A DNA stretch of 64,000 bases from Paraphysomonas bandaiensis (taxonomy: Eukaryota; Protista; Chrysophyceae): positions 57,751 to 121,750 of the forward strand of contig CBFFRP010000372.1 in NCBI GenBank assembly GCA_965644295.1. Direction: 5' to 3'. Each line of letters begins with the position of its first letter. The first letter of the stretch is position 1. Both the position numbers and the translations under genes were made by a program. The notes under the pieces were generated by a model. That model was given only the letters and a program-made list of their open reading frames with translations. It was not told the DNA's origin and searched no databases. Below are positions 1 through 11,632 of the stretch, one piece after another.

Positions 1-702
1 CGTGGTGGATCTCGAGTACTATTTCGTCAGCAGCAACAACAACGCGGACACCCACTCACCGCAGAGGGTGGTAACCTCCCTAAACTTACGAAACACCGGC
101 GATGGAATGGTCGGGACCCCATCAAAAAGCGCAAGGATGAAGAAGCATACTCCGGTGGTAAAGAAATAAGTTCTGAGAGTAATCCTGCCCTCAAAATTGT
201 CAAACCACCTGTGCACTCCAACACTTCCTCGCCAAACAATAGTCCAACCAAGGACCAAATGAAGAAAGGCGGTACTAGACTCGGTCAATCACTTTCATCG
301 CCGACGATCTCTATGAACAAAGGCTCCACTAGTGCGGTGACTGATGGGCAGCCAAAAGGTACAATCGCGGTAACAATTCGCCCAAAAGTCGCTCATGAGG
401 TCCAGTCCCCCATACCTGACCAGACCTCGGCTGCTAGTTCAGATGTTAGGTCTGTCCCCGAGCAACAAGATTTGCGGAGACAAAAGCTTCATACTGCTCC
501 TAAGGGACGTAGGAGACACTTGCCGAAATTATGCCCCCAAAGGCGGAAGGACTTTATACTGACAGTGAGTCAGTATAGTGAACCGAGGGTGAAATCTGGA
601 AACGGTATATTACAGGTCCATGCATACCCTCCGTCCAGACAAGCAACTGGTTCAAGACAGCCTACCAGCCGAGCTGACTTAGGCTCGCTGCCCATAGGGT
701 GA
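1..702 (+). CDS. Partial ORF (open from the window edge), low-complexity S/T/P/Q/K-rich hypothetical protein
   Basis: Frame 1 is open from base 1 to TGA at 700-702. No recognisable domain; could be host or TE-derived. Confidence 0.4.
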   Translation, partial: RGGSRVLFRQQQQQRGHPLTAEGGNLPKLTKHRRWNGRDPIKKRKDEEAYSGGKEISSESNPALKIVKPPVHSNTSSPNNSPTKDQMKKGGTRLGQSLSSPTISMNKGSTSAVTDGQPKGTIAVTIRPKVAHEVQSPIPDQTSAASSDVRSVPEQQDLRRQKLHTAPKGRRRHLPKLCPQRRKDFILTVSQYSEPRVKSGNGILQVHAYPPSRQATGSRQPTSRADLGSLPIG

Positions 703-1223
703 AGATATAATTTACGCTGAATACCGAGTGTTATCGTCAATTTGTTTTGTGTGTATTTATATCCCAGATTGTATCCATGAACCATACGACAGATTAATGT
801 AGGGATTGATTTGTATTTAGTGACGAATATACAGTTGTGGACAAATATGAGGATATATGTTGCAGTAATGTAATGTGGTGCTATATGTTAAAGTGCAACC
901 TATAATGACGTACTTTGTTTGAAAAATCTATTCAGACGTGCTCTACTACCCGCGGTTAACATGCACCGAGTGTGTTTGAATACGTTCTACAGTAACAGCG
1001 GCACAGCGGTGTATAGTCAACATGAGAAATAGTTTTTTAACAATAATACTATATACCTATGTATGTCAACTTCTGTCAAGATTAGAAGGTGAAATAAATA
1101 ACGTAAAGACTTAACTTGATGTACACTCCATGCCTGAATAATAATTATAATCATCATTTATTTCTCATCATTCATTTATAATTTATATATTCACTACTAT
1201 TACAATACTCGCTCAAATACCAA

Positions 1224-1364
1224 TAAACATTATAATATAGTAGAATAATAGAGTTTGTACTAGTTAGTTTCTGGTAGACGCCTATCTAGCTTGACTAGTT
1301 TCCACCTATAGCTACTAAACTGGTGTTGGTTCTTAACACCTATTTTGCTAATAGATTTTCAACA
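1224..1364 (-). mobile_element. LTR-like repeat followed by a PBS-like sequence
   Basis: Minus strand starts TGTTGAAA and is followed by TGGTATTTGAGCG at 1222-1210. It aligns by eye with 38221-38350. Confidence 0.5.
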
Positions 1365-3175
1365 CTGAAATATGAAAGTCTGATATAATTCACACTATAG
1401 AAGAAAAAAATTGGTTGCTTTGAAAAGATTAGAAGAAGCTAATATGTATGTATAAGTGATTTAAATTTGGGCTTTTGAAGACACTACTGTGTGTAGTGCT
1501 GAATTATATATATTAGTAAAAGATAAATTTTATATTAGAAAGGTTGTGTTCTTGTAGGGTGTTTGCTGCAAAACATCAATCAGTAACATCAGTATTTAAC
1601 AGTTATTTTTTTAACAGCTACTGTATATTCAGTTTCTTTGTATATTTTATTCCTATTCCTGTTGTGGTAATTTTGTAGATTCTGTATTTCATTACTGCAC
1701 GTACGCACTCGAAGTAGGTTGTAGTTAGTAATAAAAGAAGCGCAGAAATACTGCTTCGTTCATTATAATATACCTATAGCAATAATTGTAATACTTTTGT
1801 ATATTTTTTGTGATGTTGTGCTGATGGCAACAACGCAAATTCATAGAATGAAAATAATCCCTTACGCTGAATGTACGTTTATAAAATGCGCCGCATTTTG
1901 ACAGTACGACCAAAACGTGTTGAGTCCGCCTTTACATCTGTCAAGCAATGTATATCACACTACGATTTTGTGCACCTTCTATTTTTATTCTTTAATTGCA
2001 ATGATTTGTGTTTTGACCAATCCACCCACTTGTCTTCCATCTCGACTGCTTGTGTAGAATACGGTAACACACTGACCTATTAGTACCTACAATCCGCCAA
2101 CAAACTACTATATGAACACACTTCTATCTTCTATGCCACTAGCAATTCCTATTGTTGATTGGACTTAAAACTTTAAAATAAGTAACATAATAATATATCG
2201 AAATTATATAAAAATAGATAAGAGTTACGAATAACCTTAAAAATTATCGTTATTTGTGATATATATATAAAATAAAGCAAAGTAGTATACATTTTTTGTG
2301 GGTATTTTGCAGATTATATATATTTGAATTATAAGCTATAATAAAATGAATATATTTAAAGTTGAATTGTTGTGTGGCCGCGTACGAAGCAATGTAATTT
2401 AAAGTTCCCACCACAGCAACACAACTCTCAGACACTGGCTCTTTTATTTTATATATTCTGTAGCTTAATATGCAACTAATTATAGCGTGAAGTGATTACA
2501 TAACCACGAATATTGTAACGTTGCTTTGACTCTTTATAAATAATAATACTAATTTAATCTATGTTGTCAAATTACCTAATTATAATAGCGGTCAATATGT
2601 GTTAATATTGATTGAATAGAATCAAGAGTAGTATGATTCTCTAATCTCTTGTTTATATTCAATAAGACGATCCCATCTTGAGGATCTTGTTACTTATGAT
2701 CTACATTATGTCGTGCACACGGCTCACAGAGAGTAAAGCAAAAATAGAAGGATTATTAGTACCAATTTTTTCTGATTTGTTCATCCTCATACAAGAAAAA
2801 GAATCCAAGTATTGTTCTCGAAAGGATTGTACAAACCAAATTAAGTCTTTGGGTGTATTTCATAATCACGTATGGGTTACGTAGTATTTAGTGCCCCACA
2901 TTAAATACACCTAATCCTAGCGATCTTGGTAGCACTTTTATTCGACACAACATTTACTCTAGGATACGCCTCAAGAGTGGGGCAAAATGCAATTCTTCTA
3001 TGGTCTCACAATATATGCATATATGTAGATTCGTAATGAACGAATACACTGAGTTTGTGTTAAAATAGCGAATAAAAGCAAGTGCTACGCCGTGTTAATT
3101 TAGATTAAATTCTCGTCTGTCGAGTTGGAAACAATCTGAGGTTGCTATTCGTGTTCAAATACACTAATAAAGTCA

Positions 3176-4454
3176 TTACTTATCTCTCAAGTGCGGTAAC
3201 ATTGCTGCAACAGCATTTACGAACGCGGCTCCAAAGTTCATAGCCCTCTCTGGACACCAGCCCTGCACCGGGTGTGGGTGGTCCGCAGTGTCTTTGAATG
3301 GCATCTCGATAGTGAACGACAGGCAGTCAAACGTTTCAGCTATGTATTTGGAACCAACAGATAAGTTGGCGCCATTGGGTGAATTAATAGGATACTTCAC
3401 TGTATTCTGCATGTCCGGTGTCGCTTGCATGAGTGCAACTAAAAATCCATCTTGGAGACGCTTCAGTCGGGGACCATTCTGCCATTTAGGGACACCCTCC
3501 GACCCTGACAAAAAGTTGTGCGGCAGCGTCTCGTCGCCATGTATGTCCATCATCATATCGCACCCTGTCGCCCGTATCTCCCGCAACACTGCGATGGTAA
3601 TCACACAAAACCAAAGGAAAATACTGTGGTAACCTACCGTGGAATACTTCCGGTGATCTTTCGAGCGAAGGGGCTTGGTAATTATCGGTATCCCGCCATT
3701 CACGATTTAGATTATACCCCAAGGCATTCGTGCGTAAGTGACCTCTGAAGCAGCCGTCGGGATTCATGCATGGAACTACATGCACAGTGGCATCCTGCAG
3801 TATCTTCGTTGAGAGGCCATCAGCTGGATCTAGCAACCTGGAGATAAACCCCTCCATCCACCAGCTACCTTGTGTCTCCCCGGGATGTTGACGAGCTGTG
3901 GCCCATACATGCAATGGGCCTGTACCGAATTCTACTAAATCCAAGCTACGACCATCCAAAGTACTCCCGATTGTACGCACCTGCGCGCGAGGGGACATGG
4001 AGCACCGCGTCAGCAAATTTAGCACACTCTCCTGGCTGTAAGGGGCAAAATATGCAAAATACACTTGATCGTTTGAAGTTCTCAATGACCACTTTAATTT
4101 ACCACCGGAATAGCTGGTTCCCACTCGGAACCAATACTTTCGGTCATACGAAGCGCATACGTTATAGTCGACCCAAGCATCAGGATAGGAACATTCTCCA
4201 GCATTAGTAATAGTATAGACACAGTCAATGTCCTTGCATCCTGACGACCTGAAGTAAAACCATTGCTACAAGCCATCAAATGAGGGAATATCGACATCTG
4301 GCGGGTTGATCACCTTGAACGCAGTGCCTTCTCTAGAAGTGAAGGGGTCGTCTCTGATAAGAAGATCTACACTATCTCCTGATACGCCTGATACCTCGAT
4401 GTTACCGCCATCGAAAGCAGATGATATGGTTATTTGAGTGGGTCTTGAGGTCAT
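3176..4454 (-). CDS. M14 zinc carboxypeptidase, cytosolic carboxypeptidase (M14D/CCP)-like, 3 exons
   Basis: Motifs ISSAFDGGNI, QWFYFR, YFAYFAPYS, RQHPGE (HxxE), NPDG, NLNREW, DIHGDE and IEMPF. GT-AG introns at 4266-4313 and 3589-3637 restore one frame. Confidence 0.9.
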
Positions 4455-5135
4455 GCCTGTATAAGAATGAAGAATTATATCCAGGGTGGTGATGACTGCA
4501 CTGTGTTCCTCTTCGGTGCAATACATACTACGACGTCGTACACATCGGAATACACAACACACCTCTATTCCTTCGTACCTGCAACAGTACACAAACATAT
4601 ACAGCAGTACTGTATATCTAGTTATAATACAGCAATGTCGGATATCTGGGGGTAGAAAATCGCCCTTTTCTTGTTGTTTGTGAATACGGTATACAGCTAA
4701 AAGCCTTGGATTTTTGCCTGGTCGTCTTTTCCCACCTACAGATATGCGCAATACATACAGATATGACATCGTAGTTTTTGTGTATTCCTAGGGGGTCGTT
4801 ATAGGTATTGTATGTATCTATCTACAGTATTTTAGCCTTTCCATACCCTCGGATCAGCCCAGCAGCTAAAAAAATGGTAAAGGTAAGAAGTGGACACTGA
4901 CATCGCAATCAAAACATCAGATTTCATCTAATCATTTTTTATTGATTGGTTGTAAAATAGAGATTTCATGTCTTGTTTTTTTTTAAAATTTGGGGTACGG
5001 GGTGCAGTGTGGGTGGGTCCGATTGGTGTCCAATAAAAACAATAAACAGCTAGTTGGTTTCCACCTCACTTATCCAGACACATTAGCTTGATTAGTTATA
5101 TAAGTGAGCATTGTTTTCATCGAGCAATAAGTGGG

Positions 5136-6445
5136 ATGTCTCTTCTGGACGGAATGCTTGATGCTGTAAGTTCATATCGTGATTGTGATATGTGTTATGA
5201 CTCGTATATGAATTGCAGCTGTTAAAATCATGCTTTACTGGGGATGACACAAAGTCTGCTGCGGATGAACCTACAAAGAATAGACAATCGAAGAACGTCA
5301 ATACATTCTTTGAGATTGATAAAACAGAATCGGAAAGCTCAACGTCGCAGTCGAGTGCCAGTAGTTACAAAGCCAATTCGAATGGCATATCTCACAGAGG
5401 CACCACGTATGCGATATCTGTTGCGGACTTTGAGGTCCATAACACCTTGATAACTGGGAGATTTGGTTGCACATTGTTGGCTGCACATTCTTCAACAGGA
5501 AAGACAGTCGCGCTGAACACTTATCATAAAGCCATTCTTAGTGAAACTTGTCAACAGCACGCTCCATGTCGCGAAAAACAGTTGTTAGAGAGCTTGGACC
5601 ACCCTTTTATAACAAAAGTTTTGGGATCATTTTCTGATCGGAATAACCTATTTCTTATTACCGATGTAGAGCCTGGGGCCAGCCTCACTTATTTGCTTTG
5701 CAATTCCACCAAGTATGGAATCAGTAACTCCCACAAGGTGTTTTATGCTGCTTGCGTCCTTTCTGCGCTGAAATACGCACATGAGAAGAGTGTGGTTCAT
5801 CGTGGACTTCATCCGGACTTTTTACTTATTGACAGCCGGGGTTATCTCAAAGTGACAGACTGGGGGTTCGCTAAGACTGTTACCGACCGTACGTTTACGT
5901 TATGTGGGCATGTCGAATACCTATGTCCCGAGGCCATATCCCAGGATTCGGGATACGGCAAAGGAGCAGACTACTGGGCACTGGGTGTGCTTATTTTTGA
6001 AATGCTTGTTGGGCGGTCTGCATTCGTCCCTTACATCGAAGGTGTAGAAGACAGTAGCACACAACAGTCATATGATGCAACCACCATAGAAAACATAGTA
6101 TCCCGGGATATTGTCTTCCCGAATGACATGTCCCAACCATCGAAGAGCATAATACAGGGTCTCTGCCAGAAGAATCCCACACAACGGCTTGGATGTGTTC
6201 GCGGTGGGCGAGGAGCGGAGGACATTCAGAACCATGTGTGGTTCAGTCAGGGAGGTAGAATAGACTGGAAGATGCTGGAGAGTAGGCAGCTATCGCCCCC
6301 TTGGGTGCCAAAAGTAAGCAGTCCACTGGACTGTCGCTATTACAATACGCATAGTGCCCCACCATCTGCTGGTGAGATTCCTGAGTATACCGGATATAAT
6401 TGCCTCGAATGGAACTCCTTTGACAACTCTAGCCTATCTCTATGA
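5136..6445 (+). CDS. PKA/PKG-like AGC-family pseudokinase
   Basis: Kinase subdomains are recognisable (LDHPFI, FYAA, RTFTLCG, DYWALGVLIFEML, RLG, PPWVP) but catalytic motifs are degenerate. Exon 1 is 5136-5165, intron 5166-5218. Confidence 0.85.
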
Positions 6446-6826
6446 CTCCTCTGAAAATTCTCATATCAACACATCATTCCTGAATTTAGAATTTGGCAGT
6501 AAATGAGTGTGGTTTTATGGGCATGAATTGTTGCCGCTTAGTCTCCGTTATTTGTTAGTTTTTGTTACCCCATGCACTTGCAGGGTGTGGTGTGGCTCGT
6601 TAGATAAATCTCTGTAAATGTAGATAACTATTTAGTCTTGTGAGCTCTCACTATCATATAGCCGCATCGAAGATTTTCTGGATGAAAGGTGTATTAGCAA
6701 CAGTAATTAGAAACTGAAATACGATATGTGGAGAGCAGTGTTTACCAAAACATAGTCAATTATTGTGGATTCTAAATTTTAGCAGTCAAAATAAAATATT
6801 GTAGGAAATTGAAATGATATATAAAG

Positions 6827-7829
6827 CAGGGCCTCGTAACCGTTTACGGTAAACGCATTAATAGGTCATTAATGGTAATGCCATTATAAATGCCGGGAAC
6901 TCGACTACCATTAATGGCATCCGATTAATAGAATGTACCGGGTACTGGTACTTGATGCATGATGTAAGCTATATATAGTATATAGAACTAATGTTCATGC
7001 AGCTCTACAGCTACTTTGTGGAAACTTTATTCATTATCAGCGGCAAACTTAAAACTATAAGAGTTAGAAAATAGTTTTCATGAGCAACAACATAACAACG
7101 TAAGTATGCAATCTATCATTTTGAGATATCGTAAATCATTATTCACACCAGCAGATGGATATAGCGACAAGAGCATGTATAGTATACCATCAATGCACAT
7201 GTTTCACTTTATAGATTATATTACAGTACTATAAAAAGTGTAATAAGTGGTTGTAATATACCAGTATTATAGTGAAAACAGTTTGAGGTATATCCTAATC
7301 AAGTCTATTTAGTGTCGTCTCTACTACTATATAATTGAATTATTGCTTTTAATGCGTTATTGTGTTCAAGTGTGGACAAAACACTTTTGCCCTTTTTTAG
7401 AAATCCGATAATACCGTCACGTTTTCATATATATAACCAGTGCATCAAATAGCCAGCTATAATAACTTACTGCTTCAATCACAATAGCCTGGGTATATTA
7501 TGCAATAGAAGTAATTTTAATAGCTGTTGATTAGTGCTTATATGCCACAAGCGAACGGTTTGATCTTGAATAGTCAAGTGAACGGGATAATATATATATA
7601 TCCTTTTTCAGCCCTTAAACTTTCCTGGGCGAGGATTTTTTCACTTTGATAATTTACTATTTTGATTTCTACTTTATATCAGTGGCTAGTAATCACTAAT
7701 GGCCCATTAATGGTAGTTGAGTTACCGGCAATTATAATGGCATTATTGAAAAGATGTCCCGGCAATTATAATGACTATTAATACCTAAGTAGATAATACC
7801 GCTCATAATGGATAGTGCGGTGCTCCCTT
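6827..7829. mobile_element. Non-autonomous DNA transposon (MITE-like) with subterminal inverted repeats
   Basis: 41-nt inverted repeat, 6877-6917 vs 7704-7744 (38/41 identical). Starts CAGGG like other MITEs in this window; outer boundaries approximate. Confidence 0.6.
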
Positions 7830-7924
7830 AATTACTAATTTAGTGTAATAACAGACCACGAATTGTAACTACTTCTTGCTCTCCACTGGCACACCAGGAT
7901 CTTCGTGCAGAAATTCATGAAGAG

Positions 7925-8075
7925 GGCATAAGCATCCCACAACAACATGTAATTGACTCGTAGGAATATAGCAACGATTCTAGATATATATGGATTCATG
8001 TTTCTACGCTCAGGTTTCATATTGTAAACTTTGAACGACTACAGATACTCTCAACAACAACATTGGATTGTGCTT
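7925..8075 (-). pseudogene. hAT transposase C-terminal dimerization-domain relic
   Basis: Frameshifted translation SNVVVESICSRSKFT...RRNMNP...LRVN..LWD resembles the hAT S..ER.FS...RR.M.P....L..N..LWD signature. Confidence 0.55.
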
Positions 8076-8599
8076 TGATTTTCCTGCACTCTCTTGTCGT
8101 GATTGCTGTCGGATGATAGAAAACTGGCATTTTTAAACGTCTTTAGATCTTTCATCCAGGAATACCAGTTTGCTCGCTCAGTTTCAGAAAACAAACATAT
8201 AGCCCGAACAAAGGAAGGTGACTCGGTGGTCCTGCGAATTCACTCGGAAGAAGACTCTGTAAATTACACTGCCATCATTGTTTTTGGCCATCATCGTTGC
8301 TTAATATATGGTATAATTATGGAGTATAATTATTTTGCTTAGTTGTGTACTACAGTTCCTTTCAACTTTGGGGGAAAAGAATATTTTATGGAATATTGAA
8401 TGCTTTTTTAGAGTTTTGAAAATATTTATACTTAAAACACAAGAATTACATTACATTATAATCAATAATTAAAACCGTTTTTAAATAAACAATTATATGG
8501 CACTTTTATATTTAAATCCTGGTGAGATCACTTTTTCCATTTTTGTTGGTCACATCGACTTTATACTTATGTATTTTATCGTATTATAAAATACATTTT

Positions 8600-8760
8600 A
8601 TAGTAGATTGATATAATTTTTGCCTGTGCAGTCGTGTTGTGTCGTTTCCGTACTTTTGTTTGTTTTGTGTAATCTAGTAAGGGAGATCTTCCCTCAACAA
8701 AGTCGAAGTCGCGCCTTTTCGTGTTAATAAGACATTCACTACCAGGATATTCTTGGATAC
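8600..8760 (-). mobile_element. Fragment of the RT-less copia family (pre-PPT motif, PPT and possible short LTR)
   Basis: 8691-8722 matches 58976-59007 at 30/32 positions. Confidence 0.55.
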
Positions 8761-9039
8761 GCAACGCTTATGTTAATCGCTACAACCACTAAACCAGGTA
8801 TCGTTCTTTGAAAGAGCAAACTTATAACGCGACCTACCAATAGCCTAAATGATTGGTAATAATTGCTAATTTGAAGGTAACAATAAGTAAATCACATTTT
8901 AATCATAAATGACTAAACTAAGGAGGATAGTTTAGTTTTTCACGCTACCACTGAAATGAACAAATCACTCCATGTAAAGACACAACATTACATTCAGCTC
9001 AATAAGATGAAGTGGAATGAAGAAACCGCGCAAACTGCA

Positions 9040-10044
9040 CTAGTTTTTACAGAGCATCACATTGCACTTGATATGGTTGATGACATATTCAGACACACTG
9101 GAAAGTCGATGCTTCGCGCGGGGAGCAATAGCAAAGAAATCACAATCCGAATTATTTACGTAGTCTGCTAACGCCTTGGTTAATGCTTGGCCTTGAGGCT
9201 TCTCTACTGTCATAAATGCACTGTCCACTGGACCAAATTCTTGTAGTTCTCTGTCATAGTACTCCTTAAGGGGTTCAGTCTCCTCTGGGTCCTCGTCAGG
9301 ATTAGTCATATAGACGCATCGCACAGAATCACGTGGATTCACTAGCCGCAGTAGAATGTCCAAGCCACGATGAGAAGTTTCAGTGCCATTAACTGCCATG
9401 ATGTAGGACCTGGGACCGCGATGCACTGGGGTCTTAATAATGATGCAGGGTAAATGCAAGGTCCTGTATAAGTTAGATAGTTACTTTAAAAGTGAGAGTT
9501 CACCTTAGAGCTTGGTCAGTGTTAGATCCTAGCGCCGTTGGGCTTTCCTTCGGCCCTTTCCTTCCATGGTGACCCATAACTACAAAATCAGGAAGTCTGC
9601 CCTCCGGAAGATCAGTGCGCTCAGTCGTACTGAACTTGAACATGGCATGATGTAACGTCTCCAAAACAGGTCGGCCTTTTCGGTCTTCCCATTTCATCGA
9701 AAATCTACTGGAAGGGATAGAGCCGATCAGCTTCACTTCATAATTTTCTTTTATCCGATTCGGCTTGAAGCAGGGCGGCATTATGTCTTCTGCTCCGCCT
9801 ATTTGTAAGTCATTACAACACTAGAAGTTCAACTGCACTTACCTTTGAATGCATGAAACACAGATACGTGGTCATATTTTTTTCGTAGATTCATAGTAGC
9901 GTCGAAGGCGACCTCTGATTGGTCCGATCCATCTACACATACCATAAATATATGGGCGCCTTTCTTGCTTAGAGCATCTGCGCTGTACGAGCAGGCTTTC
10001 TGAAACTCTTCTTCATCAGCATGCTTTTCTTCGTAATAAGACAT
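9040..10044 (-). CDS. Tandem universal stress protein (USP) domain protein, 3 exons
   Basis: Two USP N-terminal motifs (MVCVDGSDQSEVAF, MAVNGTETSHRGL), DFVVMGHHG...LGSNTD and SSVSEYVINHIKCNVMLC. Short GT-AG introns. Confidence 0.85.
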
Positions 10045-10615
10045 TGACGTGTTTGCGGGTAATCAATGGAGAGTATTGCAATATGATTTGCTGGTAGCAG
10101 TGGAGTATGTGAACTGAAAAATCAACTCTACCCAATATATGAATACCACTGTACTATAAATCACTGCAAAGAACAGCACTACAGTGCGATACTTGTACCA
10201 CTCTACAACACACATAGTTCAACATTGAACTATCTATACAAAACCTTCAATACAAAAAAATGAGTAGGTATGTAACGTGGCAAACAGATTTTTGGCGACG
10301 AAGGAGACAGCAGGAGCAGCAGGTCAAAGGTACAGCCAAGACGGTATTTTAGTGATGCGATGCAGCTGTATACCGGTATACCGTATCATATACCGGTATA
10401 GCTGTGCAACACTCCCTCTTGCTACAGATAGAGTTCGGCGTTCTGATGGGATGCACGCAGCAGTATACGATAGTATATGATAGTATGTATAGTACGCACT
10501 GTACATGCATCGTATATGCTATCCAGCCCGTGATATTAATACATATAACCACACTAATATAAATTAAAGAAAGTTCTACTCATCAAGCACCTTCCACAAA
10601 CAAACCACAGTTTAT

Positions 10616-10978
10616 ATGTCCAGACAACGTAAACGAGCTGCAACTGCTAATGATGTTGATCTTCATGCTAAGGCCAGAACAACATCAGTGGATTATCTAA
10701 ACGCATATGGCGGACTGGAAGAAGAAGCAGAAGAACAGCAAGAAACATTCAGAAATAGAGCAGTATCTGTGGACTACATTCGTGAGAGAGAAGCGAAAGG
10801 GAAGAAGCGCTCGAATTCTATTGATGTTGTGTTGGATGATTTGGCGAAAACTTTTTTCACTAAGCGCAGTACATCTAGAGATGGACGCACCAGTGTTGAC
10901 AAGCAGCGCAATTCTTCTGTTGATATCCTTAATGCGTATGGCGGGATCGAGGAAGGTGATGAAAACGTTGAAGAGTAA
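10616..10978 (+). CDS. Small charged protein with repeated RxxS(V/I)D motifs
   Basis: ATG-initiated 120-aa ORF with an internal repeat SVD(Y/I)LNAYGG(L/I)EE. Divergent from the USP gene. Confidence 0.7.
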   Translation: MSRQRKRAATANDVDLHAKARTTSVDYLNAYGGLEEEAEEQQETFRNRAVSVDYIREREAKGKKRSNSIDVVLDDLAKTFFTKRSTSRDGRTSVDKQRNSSVDILNAYGGIEEGDENVEE

Positions 10979-11632
10979 TATCTCGCTTTTGCCTGCAGGT
11001 GAGGACCCCTGGTCCCATTGTTCTGTCATTAATTTAAGGGCAAGCTTTTCTAAATAGCTCATTCAATGAATCAATGTAGTGGAAACTAACCGTGTATTGG
11101 CAAATAATATAGCATATAATAATAAGGTACTGGGAATATTTACGTGGTGTAGTGAAATAGAATTCCTCGGAGTATATCATCTAGCACCTTGAAAAATCAC
11201 AAATAAATATGTCATTCGCTTGGCTCTGTGATTTATCATAAGAATAACGTTTTGACACTTTGGTTTAGGCATGACTATTGCAGAACTATATATGTGACAA
11301 TATTTAAGGACTATTTGACTCTGCTTGGCGATTACATTATTAGAATAAGGATTTTTTTCTTGTATATTCAGTATGTCATTGAGATCTAGTTAAGAATAAG
11401 CAATTTCCAACATACATGAATTAGCGATTGCAAAGGCATGTTACCACTCCACGGGAACCAAGGAAAGCACTTCTTTGCTGTCCAATTAGACATACCAAAC
11501 ATGTACAATATAACGTATTAATAAATAAATTAAATACACTCACAGTCACATAAAGACGCCAGTACCCAGTACCAGCTGGCAAAATGTTCATACAATGCAC
11601 ACAGCTTTCTATGAATATTTCTAATGGAATTA

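Noticed and set aside
1700-3100. AT-rich region with short ORFs and a small palindrome (AAAATGCG-C-CGCATTTT)
   Set aside because: No recognisable motifs; probably decayed repeats.
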